From positions 10,292,001 through 10,356,000 of the forward strand of contig CM119386.1 in NCBI GenBank assembly GCA_051294905.1: DNA of 64,000 nt, in the 5' to 3' direction. Below, piece after piece: positions 1 through 13,300 of this stretch; positions within the stretch are counted from its first letter, which is position 1, and every line of letters begins with the position of its first letter. Both the position numbers and the translations under genes were made by a program. Source of the stretch: Botryllus schlosseri. Taxonomy: Eukaryota. The notes under the pieces were generated by a model. That model saw only the letters and a program-made list of their open reading frames with translations. It made no database searches and was not told where the DNA came from.

Positions 1-1331
1 TCGGAGGGCGGTTACTTCTGCTACTAATATGGTTCTTACAATTTACCACCTTCCTAATGAACCAGATTATCCGTTTGTTTACAGATATAGTAAAGTAAAT
101 GTTTAGATTATGACCTAAGTTCAACGAGTTTGACAGGAGCAATTAAATCTGCTCTCATTCACAAAGCCGATCAGACGACAATTTGTCGTAGGCCATGTCT
201 TCACAGACGCATAATCATATGAATACGTCGTAAAATTGTGGGAACAATAATCGGCCGGAGACGAGGTTTTGCTCAGACCCTGGAATTACACACGAATCAT
301 CGCGTCTTGCCAAACCAGTGCTCAGCGAAGCATCACATGTATTTCGTAAATCCACAGAATGATCGTGTATGAGTTTAGTTTTCTCGTGAATATTTTGATT
401 GATTGCACAGTTAGAATAATTTCATCAGTTGGCCACAAGATTTCGATCCAACGACAAGATGGACATACGAAACGATTCGGCGAAGTCTAATAATTTAACC
501 ATAGTATCGCTCCATAAATAGCAGTTCCTCATATTTTGGAAATAATTACATTTTTTCGAATACAACCTGCCGTATACGCAAACTAGCGTAACCACTAACC
601 GTAAACATTAATTCGAAATGATTGAGAATTCTTCATATTGTTTTACAATTCAATTTCGTGACAGAAACTTGCAAAATTTCAGTGAAATGTGTATCAGTCA
701 TTCGCGTCCATTTCACGACAGGCCGACGTTGATATTCATCGTTATTCCTTAGCGGTTGGCGTATTTTGCGGTTAGTACAACCCATATATACCTCGCAGCG
801 TGGATCTGGTGGCGATAAGGAACCTTGGTAAACATCGAACGCTTAGCGACCCTAGTTTCGACCGCGGGCAGCTAAGGTTGTCGACATCTTGCAGCAGAAG
901 GAAAGCGTGTTCTATTCTCCTGCGATTACCCGTCTTCATTAGCATTCCATGGTATTTATCCGATAAATTATATTGAGTGGAATTTGGAACCGGCGATACA
1001 GTGAATAGTTATTATATATTGAAAAGCAATTATCATATCCGAACATCTTTTCGCACCTAACTGGCACAAACCAGTCCCGTCACATCGCGAAGAGGAATTT
1101 TAGCACTGCCTTATCAATGACACGATAAAATAATTTTTCTCTGGCTTGGTAGATAGCGATATCTTGTTACGCAAATTGGTTCTTTTCGATATCGGAAGGC
1201 TGAAATAGAACGCGCTGGATGACAAGGAATGTACCTTGCGGCTCTTGTATCTATCAAACCAGAATCGTCAACAGCAAACTTGAATGTACCTGTCACATGC
1301 GCAAAACTGAAGGCCACATTTAGCAGACGAA

Positions 1332-4300
1332 ATGACCAGTGATGTGACCCTGCATATTTATTACAACATCCCTAGGAATACACATACTCCCAACGAACAC
1401 TTCGGATCTAGACAAGACAAACTTGCAGATTCACGACATTGCGGTTATGCAGAGTACCACGCAGGGAGAAAAGATCTCTACCACACAAGGAATCCTGTTG
1501 TAATGTCGAGGAAAATGTTGAGCGTTTGGTCTGTACGAGACGAAAAAAGTAATGCTTTGTGTCAGGACTCGAGAAAATTCATGCAAACGCGTGATGACAG
1601 TGAAAACGAGAGAATAACATATTACACAGAAAGAAGAGATCAGACCGGCGTCACTTCATCACGCTCAAGATCAAATGATTCGCCACAGGCTAAAAGTAAT
1701 GGTGAAAAAACGAACAGATTCGTAACATTAAGAACTTATGCCAATGAAAAAGACTCAGCCGCCGCACAGGTACCATCAGCAGTCGGCGAAAGAACTCGAA
1801 TCTGCCAGCAAAAGCGTTTGAATAACTTCGCCAAGTCGAAGCCTTTTCGTAGCGCAGATTGGTCGCACTGGTTTAACGAAAAATCGTCTGGCCAGTCAGA
1901 CAGGGCGATTCACCACCAGCGGGTCAAAAGCTCCGTTACAGTGTTCAGGGTGATAGAAAAGGACGATCTCCTTACGATCCAATGTAAAGAATCCTCTACA
2001 CAACATTCCTGTGCATGCGGATATAACATGAGCGAAGATAGAAGGAAATCATCAAAAATAGATGCCGCTCCTCAACGACGAATCATTGAACAGACAGGAA
2101 AGTCGGTCCACATACACTCTGCCAGACGAAGACCGTCTACCTCCCCTGACGAAGGTATCGCTCGTTCCGCGGACGAAATGGCAGATGGAGTAAGTCACAC
2201 CAAGGCTAATCGTGAGATGGCCCAAGACGAAGCTGTAGCGATTACCATCAAGGGTGGACGAATCAGAGAATCGAAAGCAAGGAAACGAACAGGGAAGCGT
2301 GAAAGCCATAAAATTAGAACTAATGGGAGTAATGACGTACTTACGCAGATGAATAATGGCAATGACAATATTTCAAAAACCGCTCCTAAAGTCAAAGCGA
2401 CTGCTTTCAGTTATACTACAAGAACAGCCGCGCTAAAGGTAACCAAAGCCGATAAAGCTCTGGCGAGAAAAGTTGTTCGACAAGCCTTGAACGACAATTC
2501 CGCAACCAAATCGCACAAGCCGGTTTGGGTCAAACTACCGGAACGTTCTAATCCAGATCAGAAGGAAGGGACACGTAATACCGACGTTGCGAAGAGGACG
2601 TATTTCTCAAATAACGAAAAGCATTCGGCTAAAGATCCGCGTACTAACCGTAATATTAGATTGAAGAGAAAAGAAGACGCGTATTTGGTCACTGTGAATG
2701 AGATCGACACGAAATCGTCCACGCAACGTACAAAATCAAATCATGATCGCCAGAGACTAACGAATTCAAGGTCCCATAAAATTGAAGGCGCGCCCAGACA
2801 TTCGGATCGAAGAAGTGAACCCGCACGAAAGACTGATGGCAGTAAAGCCAATTACACTAAAAACACACGGCGGCATCAGCACGAAAGTAAAGACAAGTCT
2901 CGAGGTACAAAAGCAACATTATATACCAGCAACAAGAAAACGGTGTCCGCCGATTCCTCTGTCCGTGATCTTTCGTACACAAGTTCGACGTCCGCATCCA
3001 CGTCAAGTTCCAGCTTCGAAAAGACCTCTTCTTCATCGTCTGAATCTGACTCCGTTTCGTCGGATTCTTTCTCGTCACGTTCATGCTACACAACCTCCTC
3101 TTCAAACAGCGATGACGCGAGATTGCCAGAAGAAAACGCGAAAGATAGCCGGCAATCACGTTCCAAACCGAAGCGCAGGCCGTCCTCGTCGAAACAGCGA
3201 CACGACAAACCACGATTACGAATACACAATCACGTAAAGACGACACCGAGCGCAAAGACTCGCAATGGCGAGGCGAAGACCGACGCGTTAAACCTGCATT
3301 CGATAAAGCAGGCTACGCGCGATATTGAGAAATCATTGGCGCAAGAGGACGACGCGGAATTTGAGGTGAACATCGGCGGTAGACGAAAGCGTCACGGTGA
3401 CGCGACTGAAACGTCCGAAAAATCCAATCGGCGAAGTCAATGGCAGCACCAGCATTTGGTGACCACATCGAAGCGGCGGCACTCTACCGAAACATCCGGA
3501 CCGGCAATTGAACCACTTCCTGCAACAAAGCAGCGGTCCTTCGAAGCCACGAGTAAGGAGGGTAACGGAACAGCAGGCCCGCCAACAATACGGGATTTGT
3601 ATGCTCTAAACAACGTCCTCTCTGACACGCAAAATGGAACGGTAAGTTGTATATTTCAGCTTTCTAAAAGTAAGCGACTATGATTATTCATTCCACAGTT
3701 TACAATTGATTAGGTGTCTATGTTCTAAATATTTGGGCGGATTGGAGACGATATTCATCCCCCCTCGGTTATAGAGCTTGTTGCTGTGGCCTCATATCTG
3801 ATAGGGATTTGTGGTTTTGCCGAATACTATTGGTAAAAAATAAACATCACTATCGAACTGTCGTTGTTGTTGATCGCATTCATGTGTTTGTCGACTACAA
3901 TAGTCATTTACACCAGGTCGATATGCGTTATTTTGGATTCCGTAACTGCCGGTTTGTACCACGACCCACTTTTTTTGTTTTGAGTATTCATGGTGTTTGT
4001 CGGCTACCAAATGGTCATTTACACCAGGCCAATTGTAGCACGGCCCACTTCTAGGCTTTTTTTTTATAAAACACCGCTTACACGGATGAGATAACGAGGA
4101 GGAGCCTAGATAAACTGCCAACAATTAGGTAGGAATTCTGCAGTCGACCTCGATCGTACTCGAACCCGCAACCCATCGGTGTTGCAGCTGTAGATTATGC
4201 CACTAAACGGCCCGCTTCTTGGATTTTGTAAGACACCGCTTACGCGGATGAGATGGCAAGGAGCAGCCTAGAGTATAGATAAACCTCCAACACTTAGGTA

Positions 4301-7300
4301 TAGGAGTTCGCTGGAGTCGACCTCGGTCGGACTCGAACCCACAACATACTGACTCGTATATGTGAGTGGCCGAATCTCCATTAAATTCTCACGGTATATA
4401 GTTGCATCCAAAGGTTTTAATTATAGAGTACGCAAGCGGAAAATTATTCGTCCTTCATGCAAGCCACGGTATTAATCGTCGCCGTGGAATCAGAGCAGAT
4501 TATATGTCTATTTTACACTATTTGACATAATTAAGTTTCTCTAACGGTTTCATTTACTTGTCTTGTCTTGGCCATGATTAACTTTGAAACAATGTGACAA
4601 AAGATAACCACGACCAAGATATGGCCGAAAAACATGCAAATGTTGTAAAAACTTGATTTTCTCAAAATTTGAAAAATGGTCCGGCTACGATATGCTGAAA
4701 TGCGTAGCACCATAATTACGTCCATTTGAATACCAAGCGATATCAAGCCATGTCGAAATGCCACCCCACGTCGGCTAGGCAAGCAACGATTCGCTGCAAT
4801 CTTCTTAATTTCTCAGAAGTTAATTTTTCGAGCGTTTGCGCCGTCTAATCTTTGAAATTATTACCCGGCGGGCTGGCAAAACACATTGCCAATAGCTCAA
4901 ATATATTTGAATCCGATTACGTAAAAAGTCTTTACCAAAAGGACAGAGATATGAATCTCGCAAGTGCAATAGGAGGGCGTGTTTAGTGTGGGATCTTTCT
5001 CTGTCGGGATTTCATATCTAGCAGTCTTGACAAGAACGCTTCCAATATAGCAATTTGACGTTTCTGTTGAGTTAAGTTGACGCCTTGCAGAGATCCATAC
5101 AAAAGAATGATAAGATTTGAATTATAAGTAGGCTACGGGACGTCGTTCTATAACTATAAGTCTATAACTCAATATATTTCCTACATACGCGGTGGATTTG
5201 CAGCGGAGTAGTTTTCCCAGTATTGCCATGTTTCAAAAAATCCCGATACTATATAATGATAGAATTACGCTATAGTGTATATAGCAGACCCGCCACCAGT
5301 GCAATTGTTTTTGTTTTATATTTAAAATAGGCAATCGATATCAATTGATAACAATATTTGGGCCTGTAGCATTAAATTCCATTTGCTATTTTTATCAGAA
5401 CCCTATTCCACAAGGTCAATTTCAATGATGCAAGCACATGATAACAAACTTTTTTTCAAGTATTTGTATGAATAAGAAAACCCAGAGTCTTGGACGATGA
5501 TTATCTTATTACATTGTCACAGCGACTCAGGCGAGTTGAAAGTCGCTATACTGGTTTACGTCATGCAAACTGCATCTCAATTTCACGATTTGTCCTTGAT
5601 TTACGTAAGAAAAATTCTACATTCTTCTTTCGTATCAAACGATACCCTAGCAGCGCCCGCTGACATACGATACCCATGGTATCACGTTAAACTTCCTATG
5701 TGGTTCAATTCCAATTAATTCTCAAGTCAACCCGGCAGTCAATTGATGGCCAGCAGATAAGGGCTCAGCATGATTTGTAATCGTAATCGATTACGACTAT
5801 TACACTATTTTCATGTCATCGTAATCGATAACAGTTGAAATTAAATTCAAAGTATCCGCAATCGATTGTTTTGAATATATTTAAATATTGCTAATTATTA
5901 AAATCGTGTTAAGGTGCTTACAACAACGAAGGTATTTTGCACCACACGCTATTTAATTTCATCAGCAACATAAGCTAGTTGATCAATTTTTCAACATAAT
6001 ATATAAGATATTCCCAATATTAAGATAATTGTCGATAATAATTATATACATCGACCTGGTGTGACTATCCATGACATGTTCTATTGGTGTGGTTTTGTGC
6101 ATACAATCGATTGCCCCGTAACAGTACGATTATTCAGCTTTTTAGAGGGACTATTGACTATGTAATAAGCTGAAGCTCAGTTTTACGGGGAGCATGGCAT
6201 AAACTGAACAAGGAATAGTGTATCATATTGATTATATTGACAATAAGAATGTCCGGTATGGGGCCTCATTGCTCATAATTACACAAGCATTAGCAATCGT
6301 TATCAATAGTGTCGTAACCAATTTCTGTCAACTGGTAGTACGTAGCGTAGATATTCGATCCCCGTCGTATTGTAAACATCCCCTATCATGGTCACCAACA
6401 GCTATCGCTATAGGCCGAAGTAGAATGACAAGCACGACCTATCACGGGCAGCAGTTTTTTTGTGTTATTCGTTACGGCGGCTCGCAATATCAGTATCATG
6501 CAGTGTTGGGATCAAGTCACCACCTTCGAGTCACGAGTTATTTCGAGTCATTGCACATTTTGACTCGAGTCAAGTCAAGTCAATCGATTTTCGAAGGTGA
6601 CTCGAGTCAAGTCAAGTCACTCGATTTTCGGAGGTGACTCGAGTCAAGTCGAGTCAAGTCAAGTCAAGTCAAGTCACGAGTCAAGTCACAATTCAAGTCA
6701 AGTTGCGTTTTCGAAGTATGAAGCATGATTATACGTCATTGCATTTTTCTAGCTGTCTGAATTACAGATTGAGTGGTCATTGATTCTGAAGCGATGAACG
6801 AATACAGACTTAAATATACACGCAATAAGGCGCCGTATCTCCCACATATATGTAGAACTGCCAGCTAAAATAGAGAATAGAGAAACGAATTGATAAGATG
6901 CAATACATTACCCTTTTACACATATTGATATGATACAATTCGATTCTGCGCCAATGGTTGAGGAGTATATAAAATATATCTATTAAAATTTCCAGGGATA
7001 TCTAGGTATCCCTGTAAAATTTCAATAAAACAAGAGGTTTGGTTAAGGTAAGAACAGAGAACAGAAATGCATATTTCGTTATTAAATGACTTAACTACTA
7101 TAATTTACGACAACGTAGGCTGTAAGCTTCGATCACTTCGTTTGTGGTCAATTTATTTGTGAGAGAACAATGAAGGCTCAGTAAAACGTACTATCAATAA
7201 ATAATTGGTTGCTGCACGGGTTCCAGCAGCGCTACGCGAACAATCCGAAGATATGCAAGATACGGTGATTTTTATCGACACCGATAACTTGATGACTTGA

Positions 7301-10300
7301 AATTGACTCGTGAATTTTGCTCCGAGTCACGAGTCAATCCACATTTTTGATACGTCGAGTCAAGTCAAGTCAAGTCATTTTGGCAAAGTGACTCGAGTCA
7401 AGTCAAGTCATACGAAAAAAGTGACTCGAGTCTGACTCGAGTCAAGTCATGACTCGAGTCATCCCAACACTGGTATCATGTGGACTGCAGGTATACGAAT
7501 GTTACCTTCTAGTAGTCAATACGTGAGCACATATTTAATTATTACATTAACAATGTCCAGCATCTATGCATATATTCATTCATTTATTCATAGTAAATAT
7601 CAACGAAATCCCGACAAAACTTGATCCTAAATTGTATCGTCTATACACCACGAGCTGTTACTTGTATGTCGTTACAGGTCATTGCTGGTAAAAGGATGTC
7701 GGACGGGAAAAGGGTAGCGATCAAGCGGATATCGAAAGCTGACACAACACGTTGGGGCCGATGGGACGGCAAAGTAGTTCCGTTGGAACTGGCTTTGATG
7801 TGCCAAGTCAATGAGGTCAGTGCCCGACGTCGAGATGTGTGCAAACTTGTATGATGAAAGTATTTAAGTGTTGTGTCCCACGAGACTGTTAGCTCACGCG
7901 ATCGCAGTCTTATATAATAGGGGTGTCGTGTTCTGGAGGTAAAACAGCAATATCCAGTTCCTGATATGTTGCAGTTGGAACATAAATTTATTTCAAATAC
8001 AAAGTTAACTCGGGGTTGCTGTTCTGAGCATTTTGATTTCCCTCCACACACCGGATCTATATATAGTCTCCTCGACTTATTGAATTCTCACACCTTCCCC
8101 TTGTGTGTACACTGTACATGTGTATTTTGGGTGTAATTTTATGGGTGTGTTATAATCGCTATAATGGGTGTTGATGGCACATGTGTACAGATATATCGAG
8201 ATAGCGTGCATCAAACATATGCTGGATTTCTCGCAATATCAAACGACGACGCAACAAAACTAATATCTTCGTTACGATCAGTATCATTATTACAAGATGA
8301 TCGAAGTCTTCAATATTATGCTTACTTGGTGCTTATATGTGCCCTAACTGCTGACAGAACACAGAACGAGTGGAAATGTCGCTCTTCAGTGATTAGTTTT
8401 GGATCGGAACACGGGTACAGTCGTGGTTTTATTACCATCGTATTGCACATCATTGATCGATGGCGAATATATAGCTATTCGCACCGGGCCTATACTTTAT
8501 TGGATCCATTGTTCCAACTTACATCACGGCCAATCTATGCTTTTTTATCCCGCCATTTTCAAAACTTAACATGTCCTAATTTCTCTCGAAAGAAAGGCTC
8601 TATAAAATAATATATAGCTTTTCTGGACAATATCTTAATAGGAATTGCATCTTCAGTTTGCTAAACAACTGTGTTATGAACTGAAATGTCGATATAATCA
8701 AAGGATTGCTACTTGATTATCCCCGAGGGTATATTCGTCGCTGTCGACTGTTCTGACTGTTGATTGACGATTTGCCGACCATGCGCTATCGTTGCCGATG
8801 CGAATTCGCTGTCATGAGACAGTCAAACTGTTATCTTATGGATTAATCAATACATTCACGATTTTAGAAGAGTAACGGATGGCTGCTTGCGCATCAATGA
8901 GAAAGCAGACTACTACTCAGATACATTACTACTAGGGATGGTGTGAACGTGAGGTTCACGTTCGCGTTCTGTGTGTGAACCTCGGAAATTTAGAGGTTCG
9001 CGTTCACAACAGAACCTTGGTAGGTTCTGCACTGTGAACCTTTTTCATATATTACAATTTTCACTTCATATAACATCTTTCTTTGGTTCAAATTTATTGC
9101 ATTTCAATTGTGAGCCACTCTCTGCATGGCGCTGGCAGCATTATAAATCAACACTAAACGAGCATGCACCTTGACAATCTCAAAAGTTTTACTTACTTTG
9201 TTACAAAAGTTTGCTCGGAATATCCAGCTTTCCATTTGTAAATATTTAGTGACTCTCTGCTGTGAGTTTGACCCGCAATCACCCAACATCACGAGCGAAA
9301 TACGTAGTCAGCGAATGATTCTTGTTCAATGTTCAACCAACCAATGAGATTGATATCGTTTTCTGATGCAAAACATCTAGCAGGCGTACGGGGTCAATCT
9401 TTACTGGATCATTATAACCTAATCCGTGCGATTGAGGTGTTGGCTACTGCTATATAACTCGTTAATGGGGTCGAAATTGTTGGCAAAGCGACGAAAGATA
9501 TTGATTTTAAAGGGAGTATTATGTCCTTTTTTGCTCAGTTGATACATTTAGCGACGTTTAAGACGCCAATATGTATTTCGGCATGGTGGCATTATGTGGC
9601 CCGAGTTGTCGCTAGGTATCGCGTACATTAATATAAGCTATCACTTCATTGAAAGATAGGGTTTGAATTAGCATTATGACGTCACGTGACGTCATGAGGT
9701 TCACGTTCGTGTTCACACAGAACCTTTCAAAAAGGTTCGCGTTCACACGAACCAGAACCTTTCAGAGGTTCACACCATCCCTAATTACTACTCAAATACA
9801 AGTAGAACTAGCGATTTACAAATAAGTTAACAGTAAGTAATTCCAGGCCCAATTTAGAAGTATATAGTGTAAAATCATAGCCCTAAGTAGTGAAGTAGGC
9901 AAGACTCCTAAAAGTAGACGAACTTCATTACTGGCCAATCCTAGTTAACAGTGCCGTCTTATGATAATTAAAATGATAATTTATTACATAAGAAATATTA
10001 TTTAATTATAAAGTTGATAGATACCTTACTCTTCAATTCTCACAACATCGATAATAAAAATCAGCTAACAGCAAATGACAGGTAGAATGACATGTCATAT
10101 GTACATGTGAAAGCGTGCTCGTACTCTTCCCTCTAATCCCAGCAACCCATCTCTCATCGCCCCTTATCAAGCCCGACACAAATTTCCGCCCCCCAATTTA
10201 CGGATCTGAAAAAGACGGCTTAGAAACGGGAAACATATTCACCTAACTCTGATCCCTGTTGTCTTCATATGCATATATTTGGCCGTTTTAATTAAATATA

Positions 10301-13300
10301 TCCCACTTGACGTTCTAACATTTTCGCCCTCTATATCGCCCTTAGTCGCCTCTTTGCTATTTTCGCCGCCTCGTTTCTCAAAGTCGCCCACTGGGGGCGA
10401 TATCGCTCACGTTGGGAACCACCGCCATAACTCTAAACTCGTACCGTCCCCAGTCTTTCGCAGATCCAACTTATTCACATACGCGCTGGGAAGAGCGTGA
10501 TTGAAAAATATCCGCAGAAAGGCCTAATCTAATCTGCAATTCGTACTTGTTATGTTTTCCTGGTTCAATACGCTCACAAACAATGAATATCTGAACTATG
10601 TCTTGGGAAACGTTATTGAGATATTATCGAGTAAAGAAACGTACCAGAGCAGGAAGTCAGGCCGAGACTTTGACCTTCGGGTTCAAAGTTGCAAAATATT
10701 TTGGGTTTGATTCCGGTCAATCTGTAATCTGCATGAATTGATTTATTTATTGTCTGTTGCTATTGTAGACGTTATAATCGGTTAGTATGTGACTGTTTCA
10801 TGCAATTAGTGACGATGCCACGTTAGATTAGATTGACCGCCGAACGCTGCTCTGTTCAGTGAAGGTAGGCTACCAATCAGCACAAATGTATCATTTCATA
10901 GGCTTTTACTTTAATAGCAGATAACGGTGATTAAAATAGTATATAGATGGTGCAAGCAGCATTGTAGGTAAAGGATTGTGGATTAATATTGTCGCCAAAA
11001 AGAACCGCCGTGCATATCTCCAGTAATAACAGTTGGGGCTAATTCACTATTTCTCTCCAACGTGAGTTTAGAGTTTTTTTCTAATCACTGACATATTTGC
11101 TTAAAGTGGAAACAATGCCGGGATTGAACAGTATTGTTAAGACATTGGAATTGAATTTATGACCGAAGGATTCGCTCTGAAACGTACAGCAATAGGTACC
11201 GGTTTTCGGTCGCTCTGACCCCAGGTCGAACAATTCTTACAAGCAGTAGAGATAAGCATGGATTTGGATTTGAAAAATTGGATTCGAAGATTTGAGCCGT
11301 GTCTGGGTTGACCATTTTAACGAAACTTTATTAGGTTTCGGACATAGAATATCTAATCCTTCCGAACTATCGTGCGGATTCTGAACGGTTTTAGTCAATG
11401 CCGCGCATGGATAGAATAAAGATTTGGAATTTAAAATATGTAAGAAGTTCTTGATCTCTGGTAACCGCCTCACGCAATAACCTTCTAGCAACATTATGAA
11501 ACTATTACAATTCCTGGACTCAACAATAGTAGGCTAAATTTAGCCATTAATAATAATATTAGTAAAATAATAAGTTAGAGTGCCTCATATAGAATTGTAT
11601 CATTCCTACACTAGGGCGATGTAATACACGAGGGCTTTTAAAAATGTAAAAAGTATAAGGATATATGCATAAAAGACGGAGAGCATATAGTTGTAGGGAA
11701 ATAATGAGCACTGCTGTAGTTGGACTGTTTTGATTTTTACGCGTGTAAATATCTGGTGAGTTAAATATTCTGACAATATAGCTGGAAGACTGTCCCACAA
11801 AATGGCAGGCATATTGACATTTCATTTAATACAGAGTCTTGGGAATTACTGCATGGTTGCTAACTTCGAAGTAATATTTACAGGTTCGACATGACGGAAT
11901 CGTGGAAATTATCGAATGGCATGAAACGGCCGAGGCATTTTTATTAATCATGGCCCGACCGTACCCCTGCGTCGACCTGTACGACCACGTCACAAAGCAA
12001 AAACGACTTGACGAATCCGTTGCCAGGCATGTTTCCCGTTCACAGGCAATACTTTTACCAAATTCAACATCGACGCTTCCTTGCAATTCAGGCGTATAAC
12101 GAAGCAGCTCATCATGGCGCTGCTGCATTGCCACAAAATGGGAGTGCTTCATCGTGACGTAAAGCTGGAAAACATCCTTTTCAACCCGCACACCTCCGAG
12201 GCGATATTGATAGATTTTGGTTGTGGCGACTATTCGAGATCGGGTTCATTCAAAGGTGACTAGCATTTACGCCAATGAACACGCGGTTACTGTAATTGTA
12301 CTGCATGACGCATATTCCAACATCATTTTATGCATCCGCATTCAGCAGAATTACATATATGAAAATGCTTGAATGTGTCCTGAACTAACTCGTTGAACAG
12401 GATTTCGACTTCACGCTGATTACTGTACCCGAGGTGATACTTTTAGAACATTTCAGTTTATCAAAATATTAATAACGTGACCTGATAGCGCAGCGGTATT
12501 TGATATGTGTATAATGTATATAGCCCGCGGCGTTCGTGAGTCACGAGTAACTTTTGACCTGATATAAGTTTGTTAGTGTTATCATAATGAAGGCACCGGG
12601 TGCACGATTCGAATCGTATACTCGAACCGGTTCCTTCGAACTTTACACTCGTATTGGTCAGTCTTCCTTTTGCGAATGTATCGAAAATACCCAATAATAG
12701 AATGGAAAGATTTCGCACCCTAAACAATTTGCAGCAATGCTATTGTCTGCAAGAATGTGGTATGTTGCTCATGTAGCTAGGTGGGTTTCACACTTACATT
12801 GTGACGTCACTTAAAGCTTGTGCTTTCCCTATTTCAGAACAGGAAAATTAACTATCCATATCCGGTATCTACTTACCTAGACCAAAGCTGGACAACTAGA
12901 ATATTTTCAGCTTTTCCAAATTAGATTAAAATTAGAATTACAGCTACACACATATTTTTCAAATTAGAATTACTGAATCCGAGAAAGCTTGGAAATTGAA
13001 TCAAGTACATTCATATCAAATCGCTGTTCATCCACGTAAGCATGAGACGGGCAAAGGTTGGCTATTTTAACACAATTCAGTCCTCCTATGTAACCCTTCC
13101 AGTAAAAGCAGAAGTTATATTAGAATCATAATCGGAGCATATAAATATTTCACTAATTAGATTAAAATTATAATCCGTGCAAAGAAACATTTCATTAATT
13201 AGAATACAATAAGGTTACCGGCTTTTCTCTCGAATTAATCTCATTCAGTGGTTCTCTAACAGGGGGCGCGAAGGCATCTGAAGGGGGTCGCGAAGGTGCG

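Noticed and set aside
170-360. GC-richer stretch that might be an upstream exon
   Set aside because: Only short open frames on either strand, with no recognisable similarity.
2052-3255. Overlapping and antisense ORFs within kinase exon 1
   Set aside because: Expected by-products of a long compositionally biased coding exon; no recognisable motifs.
8164-8610. 148-aa intronic ORF, and similar ones at 6218-6637, 35942-36292 and 56765-57160
   Set aside because: No recognisable domain or splice context, non-ATG or weak starts, and several overlap repeats.
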